Source: Bacteroidales bacterium (GTDB lineage Bacteria > Bacteroidota > Bacteroidia > Bacteroidales > WCHB1-69). From it: 64,000 bases of DNA. Positions 49,832 to 59,082 of this stretch are shown here, piece by piece (position 1 is the first letter of the stretch; every line of letters begins with the position of its first letter). The position numbers were made by a program, and so were the translations under genes. The stretch is taken from the NCBI GenBank assembly GCA_024400635.1, contig JAKSMI010000001.1:193534-257533 (forward strand). Reading direction: 5' to 3'. The notes under the pieces were generated by a model. It made no database searches. It was not told the DNA's origin and saw only the letters and a program-made list of their open reading frames with translations.

Positions 49832-50582
49832 CTAAAAAATGCTGATCAACCAACGTTTTTTTCAATACTTGCGAAAAAAATTCATTATCCTTCTTCACAT
49901 ATCTTCTTTGGGTAAAGACTTGTGCAAGGTTATCCAACTCATTTTCTTTCAATATATTAATAGTATTAGGATGATTTTCTTTTTCTTTATAATACTTGTT
50001 AATATCAAATTCTGAATAATCTTGATAAACATTGTGGTGAACGAGTGCTTCCACTGGCAATTTGTCGGTCAGTTCCGGATTCTCATCTGGATAGCCAAGC
50101 GCTATGCAAGCCACGGGCATCACGTTTTTAGGAAGTGACAGAATTTCAATGAATTTATCTACCTGATAAACAATCGTACCCAACCAGCAAAGTCCGAGGC
50201 CCAAAGATTCGGCAGCGACGCAAGCATTTTGGGCAGCGATAAGCGCATCCGTTGTAGCCCATTGATAAGCCTGCAAATTATCATAGCTGTCGGTAGAAGC
50301 ATTGCGGAATTGGCAGTAGCGGTTAAAACGGTGCAAATCAGCGCAGAAAGTCAGCATCAAAGGTGCGTTGGTGGCTATCGGCTGGTTAAAGTGCAACGCG
50401 GCTGTCTTTTCCATCATCTTCTTATCGGTAGTAACAATAATGCTGAAAAGTTGCATATTTCCCATCGTCGAGCCATTGCAAGCGCATTTCAATATAGTTT
50501 CAATAGTTTCACTATCGACAGGCTGCTCCGTAAATTTTCGGATACTACGATGTTGCAAAAGGGTTTGGACAGTAGGATTCAT
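49824..50582 (-). CDS. NfsA-like NADPH-dependent nitroreductase
   Basis: N-terminal LLQHRSIRKFTEQPV, typical of the NfsA/FRP group. The start was trimmed to the Met at 50582, which removes the overlap with the upstream gene. Confidence 0.8.
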   Translation of the reverse strand: MNPTVQTLLQHRSIRKFTEQPVDSETIETILKCACNGSTMGNMQLFSIIVTTDKKMMEKTAALHFNQPIATNAPLMLTFCADLHRFNRYCQFRNASTDSYDNLQAYQWATTDALIAAQNACVAAESLGLGLCWLGTIVYQVDKFIEILSLPKNVMPVACIALGYPDENPELTDKLPVEALVHHNVYQDYSEFDINKYYKEKENHPNTINILKENELDNLAQVFTQRRYVKKDNEFFSQVLKKTLVDQHFLDE

Positions 50583-50593
50583 AGTTTTTTGTA

Positions 50594-51454
50594 TTAAAAT
50601 TGATGTTTCCAGCGGCGATGACTCCAAAGCCAAAACTGTGGTTTTTCAATAATTGTTTTTTCTAATAAATGGATGTATTTTTCTGTAATATCTCCGTGCT
50701 CGGTTTCCAAAGGTTTTTCAGTAATCAATTCTAATTCAAAATGATAACAACCGATTCTATCTTTCACCACTTGATAATAAATCACAGGAATATCATACTT
50801 CTTAGCAAAATGCTCTGCTCCGAAAATAAAGCCTGAGCGCTGGTTCAAAAAATCGGACACATAACATTTCTTAGGATTGCTGGGAGACTGGTCGCTGAGC
50901 ATCATATAGCAGCAAGGTTGGTGCTTCGATTCATAATCTTCAAAAACATCACGTACAGTATCGGCAAAAACGACCTCGGTACCATATCGCGTTCTGGCTC
51001 GATTGATCAACTTTTCAAAAGTTTTGTTACTGTTGGGTTTACCTACGCCGATGCCGTGATGTTTGAACTGCATATCCAAACTCAGCACCATCCATTCCCA
51101 ATCGTTGTAATGACTGGAAATCAAAATAACGCTACGACCATCATCAAAAAATCGGTTGACAACTTCAGGATTGGCACATTGATAGCGACGTTTCAAAATG
51201 CGACGAGGCAACGTCAGCATTTTTAGCATTTCCGCTGCCAATTGAGCCAAATGCCAATAATATTTCCTTCGGATTTCATCCCGTTCTTTATCTGTCTTGT
51301 CTGGAAAAGAATTCTTAAGATTCTGATCTATCACTTTTCTACGATAGCGCAGCACATAATTCAAAATAACATACAGCAATCCTGCAATACCATAAAGCAA
51401 AAACAATGGCAGCAAAGAAAGCGGATAGAGTATGAAATAGAACAAGAAGTGCAT
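50594..51454 (-). CDS. Lipid A biosynthesis (LpxL/HtrB-like) lysophospholipid acyltransferase family protein
   Basis: N-terminal TM helix, HX4(D/E) box SSHYNDWE, about 286 aa. Confidence 0.7.
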   Translation of the reverse strand: MHFLFYFILYPLSLLPLFLLYGIAGLLYVILNYVLRYRRKVIDQNLKNSFPDKTDKERDEIRRKYYWHLAQLAAEMLKMLTLPRRILKRRYQCANPEVVNRFFDDGRSVILISSHYNDWEWMVLSLDMQFKHHGIGVGKPNSNKTFEKLINRARTRYGTEVVFADTVRDVFEDYESKHQPCCYMMLSDQSPSNPKKCYVSDFLNQRSGFIFGAEHFAKKYDIPVIYYQVVKDRIGCYHFELELITEKPLETEHGDITEKYIHLLEKTIIEKPQFWLWSHRRWKHQF

Positions 51455-51462
51455 AATTGCAG

Positions 51463-52854
51463 CTAAAATTTAAAGAAGGCTCGAAGCACATCCAAACCGT
51501 TAGCGTAAATCAGTAGCAAGATTAATATGGTGAAACCAATGGTGTTGGCGATGCCAATGAATTTGTCGCTGGGTTTACGGCGAGTAATCATTTCAACGAT
51601 GATGAAAAGCAAGTAGCCACCATCCAAAGCAGGAATCGGGATGATATTCATAAAAGCCAAAATGATGCCGAGGAAGGCGGTCATGCTCCAAAAACGCTGC
51701 CAATCCCACACTTTAGGGAAGATGCTGCCGATAGTGCCGAAACCTCCCAACTGCGTTGCACCTTCTTTCGTAAAGACCAGTTTGAATTGCTTCACGTAGG
51801 AAACCAAAATATCATTACCCTTGCGAATTCCTTCGGGAATAGACTGTAATAAACTGTAATTCACAACTTTAGTCGTAAAATATTTATCTGGAGTTACCGT
51901 ATAAGCGCCAATGGTTCCATCTTCGCTGACGTGGACGGTGGCTGTGTAAAGCGAGTCGCCACGGTAGAAACTCAGTACAACACTCTTATCTTTATTCTTT
52001 GATAAAACTGATTGATAATCAAAGAATGAGAAAAAATCCTCATCATTGATAGCAACCAACGAGTCGCCATGTTGCAAGCCGGCAGCTTCAGCGGGATGGC
52101 CTTCCATCACCACATCTATCACAAATGGAAAGTTGAACTGGCAGAAGCCACCTTTATCGCCAGCGGCTAACACACGCTGTCCAAAATCTTCAGGTACGGC
52201 CACTTTCACTTCTTCACCATTACGATTAACCGTAACTGTTTCCACACCGTCAATCAGCAAGGATGTTGAAAAATCGCCAATGGTTTCCGGAACTTTCCCG
52301 TCCACAGAAATGATTTTATCACCATTCTGGAAACCAATTTTCTGAGCACATTCGGTAAATTGCAAACCGTATGGAGCTTCGGTCACAGGAATATATTCTT
52401 CGCCGTAATGATACATCAGACCAACATAAATAATGATGGCGGTCAAGAAATTCATCAGTACACCACCGATGATGATGAACAGACGTTGCCAAGCGGGTTT
52501 TGAGCGGAATTCCCAGGGTTGAGGTTCAGCAGGAAGTTCGTTGGCCTTGGTCGTTTCATCCACCATACCAACGATAGAACAATAGCCTCCCAAGGGCAGC
52601 CAACCAATACCCCACTCTGTTGTTTCCGGATAATTTTTCCAATCTTCTGGAGATTCAGATGAAAAGAAACTGAAACGCATCTGGTCCCCGCATTTTTTCA
52701 TTCGCATTATGGAAAAACCTGGATTAAAGAAAAGGTAGAATTTATCGACACGCGTATGAAAAATACGGGCAAAAATAAAATGTCCAAGTTCGTGAACAAA
52801 CACCAGCAAGCTCAAGCTGGCAATCAATCCAATGATTTGAGTTCCAATTCCCAT
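51463..52854 (-). CDS. rseP: RIP (site-2) zinc metalloprotease
   Basis: HELGH zinc motif in TM1, a central PDZ region, NIIPIPALDGG motif. It is adjacent to dxr. Confidence 0.9.
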   Translation of the reverse strand: MGIGTQIIGLIASLSLLVFVHELGHFIFARIFHTRVDKFYLFFNPGFSIMRMKKCGDQMRFSFFSSESPEDWKNYPETTEWGIGWLPLGGYCSIVGMVDETTKANELPAEPQPWEFRSKPAWQRLFIIIGGVLMNFLTAIIIYVGLMYHYGEEYIPVTEAPYGLQFTECAQKIGFQNGDKIISVDGKVPETIGDFSTSLLIDGVETVTVNRNGEEVKVAVPEDFGQRVLAAGDKGGFCQFNFPFVIDVVMEGHPAEAAGLQHGDSLVAINDEDFFSFFDYQSVLSKNKDKSVVLSFYRGDSLYTATVHVSEDGTIGAYTVTPDKYFTTKVVNYSLLQSIPEGIRKGNDILVSYVKQFKLVFTKEGATQLGGFGTIGSIFPKVWDWQRFWSMTAFLGIILAFMNIIPIPALDGGYLLFIIVEMITRRKPSDKFIGIANTIGFTILILLLIYANGLDVLRAFFKF

Positions 52855-52859
52855 TGTAA

Positions 52860-54017
52860 TTATTTAATTTTGAATGATTTAAGTATTCTATTTCTAACTT
52901 CTTTATCAATATTGAGATAATCTTCGACTGATGTTGGCCGAGAGAAAGTCACTTGTTCGAGTTGTTGTTCGATAATTTTTGGAATATCCAAAAATCCGAT
53001 ATTACCGTTGAGGAAAAGTGCCACGGCGACCTCGTTGGCGGCATTCATCACACAAGGTCTGTCACCCCCTTCACGAGAAGCGTGATAGGCAATGTCAAGA
53101 CAGCGGAAAGTCTTGCGGTCGGGTTGTTCAAAAGTCAAAGATGGGTAGTTTGCAAAATCGAGTCGCGGTTGCGCATTGGCTTGGCGGAGTGGATAAGTCA
53201 GGGCATACTGAATTGGCAGTTTCATTGAAGGAAGTCCCAACTGTGCCTTAACAGAACCATCTGCGAACTGCACCAGCGAGTGAATGACAGACTGTGGGTG
53301 AACAACGACCTCAATTTTGTCGAGAGTCACATCAAACAGCCATTTTGCCTCAATAACCTCCAAACCTTTGTTCATCAAGGTTGCGCTATCGATGGTTATC
53401 TTATTGCCCATGCTCCAATTGGGATGTTTAAGAGCCTGAGCTTTGGTGGCGGTGCGAAGAAATTCGGCATCTTTACCACGAAACGGACCACCTGAAGCTG
53501 TAATGATGATTTTATCGACAGCATTATGCCATTCACCGACCAAAGATTGGAAGATAGCGGAATGTTCGGAATCGACGGGCAACAACGGCACGTGACGTTC
53601 AACGGAAAGTTTTGTCATCAGTTCGCCAGCGACCACAAGGGTTTCCTTGTTGGCCAAGGCGATGGGCTTGCCGCAATCAATAGCGTGGTAAACGGGGGCC
53701 AGTCCCGCCACACCGACAATACAAGCCAACACAATATCAACACTGCCCATTTCAACCACATCACACAAAGAAGACTCTCCGGTGAAAACCTTGATATCAT
53801 CATCCCAAAGTTGCTCTTTAACGTAATTGTAATGCGCTTCATTGACAATAACGACGGTATTAGGTTTGAATTTCTTGGCTTGTCGAATCAACAGGTCTGC
53901 ATTGGAATGGCAGGCCAAGACTTCCACTTCAAGTTGATCAGACAATTCGTCGATCACTTCGAGAGCTTGCACGCCCATAGAGCCCGTGGAACCCAATAAA
54001 CAAACTTTCTTTTTCAA
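52860..54017 (-). CDS. dxr: 1-deoxy-D-xylulose-5-phosphate reductoisomerase
   Basis: LLGSTGSMG NADPH motif, LPVDSEHSA and NKGLE motifs. Full length. Confidence 0.96.
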   Translation of the reverse strand: MKKKVCLLGSTGSMGVQALEVIDELSDQLEVEVLACHSNADLLIRQAKKFKPNTVVIVNEAHYNYVKEQLWDDDIKVFTGESSLCDVVEMGSVDIVLACIVGVAGLAPVYHAIDCGKPIALANKETLVVAGELMTKLSVERHVPLLPVDSEHSAIFQSLVGEWHNAVDKIIITASGGPFRGKDAEFLRTATKAQALKHPNWSMGNKITIDSATLMNKGLEVIEAKWLFDVTLDKIEVVVHPQSVIHSLVQFADGSVKAQLGLPSMKLPIQYALTYPLRQANAQPRLDFANYPSLTFEQPDRKTFRCLDIAYHASREGGDRPCVMNAANEVAVALFLNGNIGFLDIPKIIEQQLEQVTFSRPTSVEDYLNIDKEVRNRILKSFKIK

Positions 54018-54141
54018 AATACTACATTATTAATAAACTGCAAAAATACGAAATTATTAGGAATGGCAAACGAGCAAAATGGACCCAGAAACAATTTTTC
54101 AAAAAAATAGAAGCTGTTGCCGTAGTTTTCGAAAAATATTG

Positions 54142-54149
54142 TATTTTTG
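54142..54149 (+). promoter_or_regulatory. -7 box TATTTTTG driving the SRP RNA gene
   Basis: Consensus TAnnTTTG ending 4 nt before the predicted RNA 5' end. Confidence 0.55.
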
Positions 54150-54153
54150 CAGC

Positions 54154-54251
54154 GGGTAAGTCTTGTACGATCTGCTCCCTTTCAACTCCCCCAGGACAGG
54201 AATGTAGCAAGGGTACATTGGTTGTAGCGATGCGATATGAGTAGCTTACCC
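54154..54251 (+). ncRNA. ffs: Signal recognition particle RNA (small, 4.5S-type)
   Basis: The 5' GGGTAAG pairs with the 3' CTTACCC. The apical domain-IV-like core CCAGG-ACA-GGAA-TGT-AGCA-AGG has a GNAR tetraloop flanked by the conserved CAGG/AGCA loops, as in E. coli 4.5S. A T-run follows. Confidence 0.75.
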
Positions 54252-54266
54252 TTTTTTATTTTTATC

Positions 54267-54887
54267 ATGCTACTCAAAATTTATCAAGAAAACCCGAACC
54301 CCAAGGCCATACAACGCGTGGTCGAATGTCTGCAGGACGGCGGCGTAATCATCTACCCCACCGACACCATTTATGGCATCGGTTGCGATATTTTCAAGCA
54401 AAAAAGCATCGAACGCATCACGCAAATTTTGGGCGATAAAAAGAAAAAGTCGGCAATGACCTTCATCTGCCACGACTTGAGTAATCTTTCGGATTATACG
54501 AAACCTATCAGCAACAACGTCTTTAAGGCGATGAAAAAAGCGCTTCCTGGACCCTTTACATTCATCCTTGAAGCCAACAACAACGTTCCCAAAATTCTCC
54601 AAAGCAACAAAAAATCCGTCGGCATCCGTGTGCCAGACAATAATATCGTCCGTGAAATCGTTGAACAATTGGGACATCCCATTTTATCAACTTCTGTAAA
54701 AGACGACGACGAAATCGTGGAATACACCACCGATCCGGAACTAATTCACGAAAAGTATGGCGATTTGGTGGATATAGTCATTGATGGCGGATATGGAGAC
54801 AATGTTCCTTCAACCATTGTCAATTGCGTTGACGGTGAAATCGAAATCGTTCGTGAAGGCAAAGGTGATGTTGATTTAATTTTATAA
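54267..54887 (+). CDS. tsaC: L-threonylcarbamoyladenylate synthase (YrdC/TsaC type)
   Basis: YrdC-domain motifs IIYPTDTIYGIGCD and SVGIRVPD. About 206 aa. The start was set to the ATG at 54267 so that it does not overlap ffs. Confidence 0.85.
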   Translation: MLLKIYQENPNPKAIQRVVECLQDGGVIIYPTDTIYGIGCDIFKQKSIERITQILGDKKKKSAMTFICHDLSNLSDYTKPISNNVFKAMKKALPGPFTFILEANNNVPKILQSNKKSVGIRVPDNNIVREIVEQLGHPILSTSVKDDDEIVEYTTDPELIHEKYGDLVDIVIDGGYGDNVPSTIVNCVDGEIEIVREGKGDVDLIL

Positions 54888-54908
54888 TCTGCTGATTATA
54901 AATATAAT

Positions 54909-56198
54909 ATGAAAACAATAGACATACTTAGGCATAGTTTGGGAAAGGATTTTGTGCGTAACTCGCTTACATTATTGTCGGCAAGCACATTTGCCCAGAT
55001 TATCACTTTTGCGGTCTATCCCATCATTACACGACTTTATTCACCCGAAAATTTTGGCGTTTTAAACCTGCTGTTAACCATTGTTGGCCTGCTGGCCATT
55101 GCTTCCACGGGCCGCTACGAATCCGCCATCGTGATGGAAAGTGAAAATCGTAATGCCAAAGCGCTTCTGCAACTCATTTTCGGCATCAACATCATCTTTT
55201 TTATAGTCACACAACTGATTTTCAGTCTATTTTCACATCCCATCGCCTCGCTATTCGAATCTGGCGACAGCCTGAAACCCTGGCTTCCGATGATTCCAAT
55301 AATGGTCTTACTGATGGGACTTTGGCAAGGACTGAATAATTATTTTATTCGTGAAAAACGCTTCAAGATGATTGGTTGCTATAGCCTTACAAAAAGCATT
55401 GTCAACTCAGGCTCGAAAATCGGCTTCGGCTTGGCCGGCATGCTTCAATCCGGCTTGATTATTTCCACACTCATTGGGCTTTTCACTTCGCTGGCAGTGG
55501 CTTTTAGTGCTGTAATTAAAAAATGCAAAGACATCTTTCGATTTGACAAAGAAGAAATCAAAAAAATGGCAAAAAAATACGCCAATTTTCCAAAATTTGA
55601 ACTACCACAAGCCATTTCCAACTCATTGGCAAGCAATCTGCCACTACTACTTTTGCCTTTATGCTTCACGATGGATGAAATCGGTCTTTTTTCGCTGGCA
55701 CTCACCATCGGTTTCACGCCAGTCTTCATTTTCAATGGTGCCATGGACCAAGTTTTATATAAGCAAAGTGTTGATTTATTGCACAATAATCAGTCTATCA
55801 GAAACACCATAAGAAATTTCTGTCTTGGAACGACTGCCGCATTACTTCCAATTTTCATTCTCTTTTTCTTCATTTCAGAATGGTTTTTCGGCTTCGTTTT
55901 CGGAGAACAATGGGTAGAAGCAGGTCTCTATTTTAAAATTCTGCTGCCGTGGTTGTTTATGGTCACGTTGACCAGTTCACTGACCTTCATTCCCAAACTG
56001 TTTTTTAAACAGAAAACAGCAATGATGATAGAGTTTACCTACTTCATACTCAGGGTATTAGTGCTTTTGTATGGCATTTGCATAAAGAATTTCACCCATG
56101 CCATCATCGGTTTCGGCATCGTATCGACCTTGATGGTCTCCATACAATTAATTTGGTATTTTTCACTCATCAAACGTCATTCGATATGCCATCAATAA
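54909..56198 (+). CDS. Oligosaccharide/polysaccharide flippase (Wzx-like, MOP superfamily)
   Basis: At least 10 TM helices. The N-terminal pattern SASTFAQIITFAVYPIITRLYSPENFG is typical of Polysacc_synt flippases. Confidence 0.7.
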   Translation: MKTIDILRHSLGKDFVRNSLTLLSASTFAQIITFAVYPIITRLYSPENFGVLNLLLTIVGLLAIASTGRYESAIVMESENRNAKALLQLIFGINIIFFIVTQLIFSLFSHPIASLFESGDSLKPWLPMIPIMVLLMGLWQGLNNYFIREKRFKMIGCYSLTKSIVNSGSKIGFGLAGMLQSGLIISTLIGLFTSLAVAFSAVIKKCKDIFRFDKEEIKKMAKKYANFPKFELPQAISNSLASNLPLLLLPLCFTMDEIGLFSLALTIGFTPVFIFNGAMDQVLYKQSVDLLHNNQSIRNTIRNFCLGTTAALLPIFILFFFISEWFFGFVFGEQWVEAGLYFKILLPWLFMVTLTSSLTFIPKLFFKQKTAMMIEFTYFILRVLVLLYGICIKNFTHAIIGFGIVSTLMVSIQLIWYFSLIKRHSICHQ

Positions 56199-57775
56199 AG
56201 TTAATTCATCAGAACGCTTATCCTTGGCATGAAAAAGACGGGATTTATGCCAAAGGTTTTATTTTCGCATCCAAAGACCAATTATTGGAAGAAGATGACT
56301 TGATTTCTTATTTTGCAGATTGTCAAGATATTAAATCATTCAAAAATAAATTATCGGATGCCAACGGAATGTTTTCCGTGATTATTCAAAGAGATGGTTT
56401 TCTGATGGCAGCCGTTGACCGTTTGCGTTGCTTCCCTATTTTTTACAGAAAAATAAACAATGATTATGTTTTATCTGATGACGTAGATTATTTATTTGAC
56501 AATCAAAAGGATAAAAACATCAATAAGTCATCGGAAATAGTATTTGGCGCAACGGGTTACACTATCGGCAACTCCACGCTACTCCAAAACGTGCATCAGT
56601 TGCAAGGCGGCGAATTGCTAAAAATGCAAAATGGTCAAATTGAAAGCGACTTTTATTTTCAATTTACCAAAAATTCAAGCAAATTGACCTTTGACGAAGT
56701 TCAATCTGAATTGGCTGATATATTAATTCATCGCATCGGTCCACGCCTCGTAAAGGTTTTGAAAGGAAGGCCCGTGGCCATACCGCTCAGTGGAGGTTTT
56801 GATTCCCGGCTGATAGCGTTGCTTCTGTATTTATGCCATTATCCGAATGTCATTTGTTTCACCTATGGCAAAAGGCAGGGCAATGATGAAATCAAGCGTT
56901 CGGAAGCAGTGGCGAAACAACTTGGATTCAATTGGTATTTTATTGATTATCAAAAAAATAAAAATATCAATATCCTTCAAGATGAAGAATTTTTGAATTA
57001 TTGCCGATACGCTTCGCAATACAGTTCAAAATTTTATTTCTCCGAATATTGGGCAGCAAAATATCTCATTGACGAAATAAGAATACCTAAAAATACAGTT
57101 TTCATTCCTGGACATACGGGAGATGTGATGGCAGGCAGCCATTTACGGCCCTTTATGAAGAATTACTCTTCTTTGAAGCAAGTCGCACAGGATTTGATGT
57201 CCACGCACTTCAATTTGGTTGAAACCGATGCCCGAGAGCGACGGAATTTCCGTCAGATATTAATAAATCAACTATCTAATTTACAGGACGATAAATTTGA
57301 TTATTGGCAATTGTCTGATGCTTGGGATGTACGTGAGCGACAAGCAAAATACATTATTAATTCTTGCAAACTGTGGGAATTTTTCGGATTTTCCTATTTA
57401 ATTCCCCTGTGGGATGCAGAATTGGCTGATTTTTTTGCCGCATTGCCATTCGAATTGCGATTAAATAAAAAATTATACGACAGCGTATTACGGGGATTTT
57501 TCGATAATCAGAAAATACTTTTCAAAGAAGACAAAAGTCTTTCATTTTCAAACAATTGCAGAGACAATCTCAAACAATGGATAAAACGCAATCTTCCATT
57601 TATCCAAAAAAAGAAGGATATTTTCGAGCACGACATATTTGATTTTCGAGCAATGACAACTTCAATGATGAAAGAAATTCAGAAAGGGAATCGAAAGAAA
57701 ACCTTGCGTCATTACAACGGAATAATGAGCGAATGGTATTTATATCGTATTGAAAATGAATTAAATAAAGAATAA
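56186..57775 (+). CDS. Asparagine synthetase B-family amidoligase lacking the N-terminal Cys nucleophile
   Basis: It starts MPSIKL rather than MCG. An AsnB N-domain remnant is present (GMFSVIIQRDGFLMAAVDRLRCFPIFY). PP-loop motif PLSGGFDSRL. The start was set to the ATG at 56186, overlapping the flippase by 13 nt. Confidence 0.7.
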   Translation: MPSIKLIHQNAYPWHEKDGIYAKGFIFASKDQLLEEDDLISYFADCQDIKSFKNKLSDANGMFSVIIQRDGFLMAAVDRLRCFPIFYRKINNDYVLSDDVDYLFDNQKDKNINKSSEIVFGATGYTIGNSTLLQNVHQLQGGELLKMQNGQIESDFYFQFTKNSSKLTFDEVQSELADILIHRIGPRLVKVLKGRPVAIPLSGGFDSRLIALLLYLCHYPNVICFTYGKRQGNDEIKRSEAVAKQLGFNWYFIDYQKNKNINILQDEEFLNYCRYASQYSSKFYFSEYWAAKYLIDEIRIPKNTVFIPGHTGDVMAGSHLRPFMKNYSSLKQVAQDLMSTHFNLVETDARERRNFRQILINQLSNLQDDKFDYWQLSDAWDVRERQAKYIINSCKLWEFFGFSYLIPLWDAELADFFAALPFELRLNKKLYDSVLRGFFDNQKILFKEDKSLSFSNNCRDNLKQWIKRNLPFIQKKKDIFEHDIFDFRAMTTSMMKEIQKGNRKKTLRHYNGIMSEWYLYRIENELNKE

Positions 57776-57779
57776 AATA

Positions 57780-59012
57780 ATGATAAAGAAGAGTTTTGCG
57801 GTTTTCACTTTCGGATGCAAACTGAATTTCAGTGAATCGTCGGATATGGCGCGACAATTACGTGAACGTGGCTGGAAAGAAAGTTCTGAACCGGAAGCTA
57901 TCATTGTGAACAGCTGTGCGGTGACACACACGGCTGAGAAAAAAGTGCGCAATTACGTAGCCAACCTGCACCGTCAACATCCGGAAGCGCGCATTGTAGT
58001 AGTAGGCTGTTACGCAGCCTTACGTCACGACCTCGTGGCGAAATGGGACGGCGTATCTGCTGTTTTCGGCAACCGCGACAAACTCAACGCCGTGCACTTT
58101 ATTGCCGGCGAGTCACTTGACAATACGCCAGCGTTTTTCGCCACCTACTCTTCACACGACCGCACCCGTTCTTTCCTCAAAATCCAGGATGGATGCGACT
58201 ACCATTGTACCTACTGCACTGTTTGCGATGCCCGGGGTGAAAGCCGCAGTGACAACATTGCCCACGTGTTACAAAACATTGAAAAAATTCATGCCGAAGG
58301 ACTTCGGGAAATCAACATTACCGGCGTCAATCTCGGCACTTTCGGACAAGGAAGCGAAGAGAACCTCTTGGGTTTGCTGCGAGCCATTGACAAACAGCAT
58401 TTGGTGGACCGAGTCCGCATTTCCTCCATCGAACCCAACCTGCTCACCGATGAAATCATTGAATTGGTGGCCAATTCTCAAATTCTGATGCCCCATTTTC
58501 ATATTCCGCTTCAATGCGGATGCGACAAAATTCTGGCCTTAATGCATCGCCGCTATAAACGAGAGCTATTCCAACATAAAATATTAAAAATCAAAGAATT
58601 GATACCACATGCTTGCATAGCCATCGACATCATCAGCGGATTTCCAAGCGAGAGCGACGAAGATTTTGAGGACAGCTATACCTTTGTGGAATCACTGCCG
58701 CTGAGCTACCTGCACGTCTTCACATACTCTCGCCGGCCCAACACCATCGCCAACACGATGAAAGAACAAGTGCCGGAGCCTGTGAAACGCGAACGCACCA
58801 ATCGCCTGCTGGCATTGTCCGAAATCAAAAAGCACCATTTCTACCAACAACATTGCGGAGAGGTCAGACCCGTTCTCTGGGAAAGCGAAAATATTAATAA
58901 TCAGATGTTTGGATTTACAGATAACTACATCAAAGTGGCAGCACCCTACCGTGAAGACAGGATCAACGAGATTCAGAAAATCAAATTGGAAGAAGAAAAC
59001 TTTCAATATTGA
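57780..59012 (+). CDS. mtaB: tRNA (t6A37) methylthiotransferase
   Basis: UPF0004 N-domain (TFGCKLNFSES), radical-SAM CDYHCTYC, a C-terminal TRAM-like region, about 410 aa. Confidence 0.8.
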   Translation: MIKKSFAVFTFGCKLNFSESSDMARQLRERGWKESSEPEAIIVNSCAVTHTAEKKVRNYVANLHRQHPEARIVVVGCYAALRHDLVAKWDGVSAVFGNRDKLNAVHFIAGESLDNTPAFFATYSSHDRTRSFLKIQDGCDYHCTYCTVCDARGESRSDNIAHVLQNIEKIHAEGLREINITGVNLGTFGQGSEENLLGLLRAIDKQHLVDRVRISSIEPNLLTDEIIELVANSQILMPHFHIPLQCGCDKILALMHRRYKRELFQHKILKIKELIPHACIAIDIISGFPSESDEDFEDSYTFVESLPLSYLHVFTYSRRPNTIANTMKEQVPEPVKRERTNRLLALSEIKKHHFYQQHCGEVRPVLWESENINNQMFGFTDNYIKVAAPYREDRINEIQKIKLEEENFQY

Positions 59013-59056
59013 ATTTAAAAAGTCATTTTGATTCACTTCAATCCAAAAAAAGTATG

Positions 59057-59064
59057 TAAATTTG
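59057..59064 (+). promoter_or_regulatory. -7 box TAAATTTG upstream of the symporter gene
   Basis: TAnnTTTG match 18 nt upstream of the start at 59083. Confidence 0.4.
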
Positions 59065-59082
59065 CATTCTTAATCTAAGAAG

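Noticed and set aside
54237-54266. Longer tsaC start that would begin inside the SRP RNA
   Set aside because: The first 10 codons would be encoded by the SRP RNA 3' helix and its T-run. YrdC-family similarity starts after the Met at 54267.
56186-57775. AsnB-like protein as a lasso-peptide cyclase (RiPP cluster)
   Set aside because: There is no neighbouring transglutaminase-like or PqqD (B) gene, no small precursor ORF and no ABC exporter. The adjacent gene is a Wzx-type flippase.
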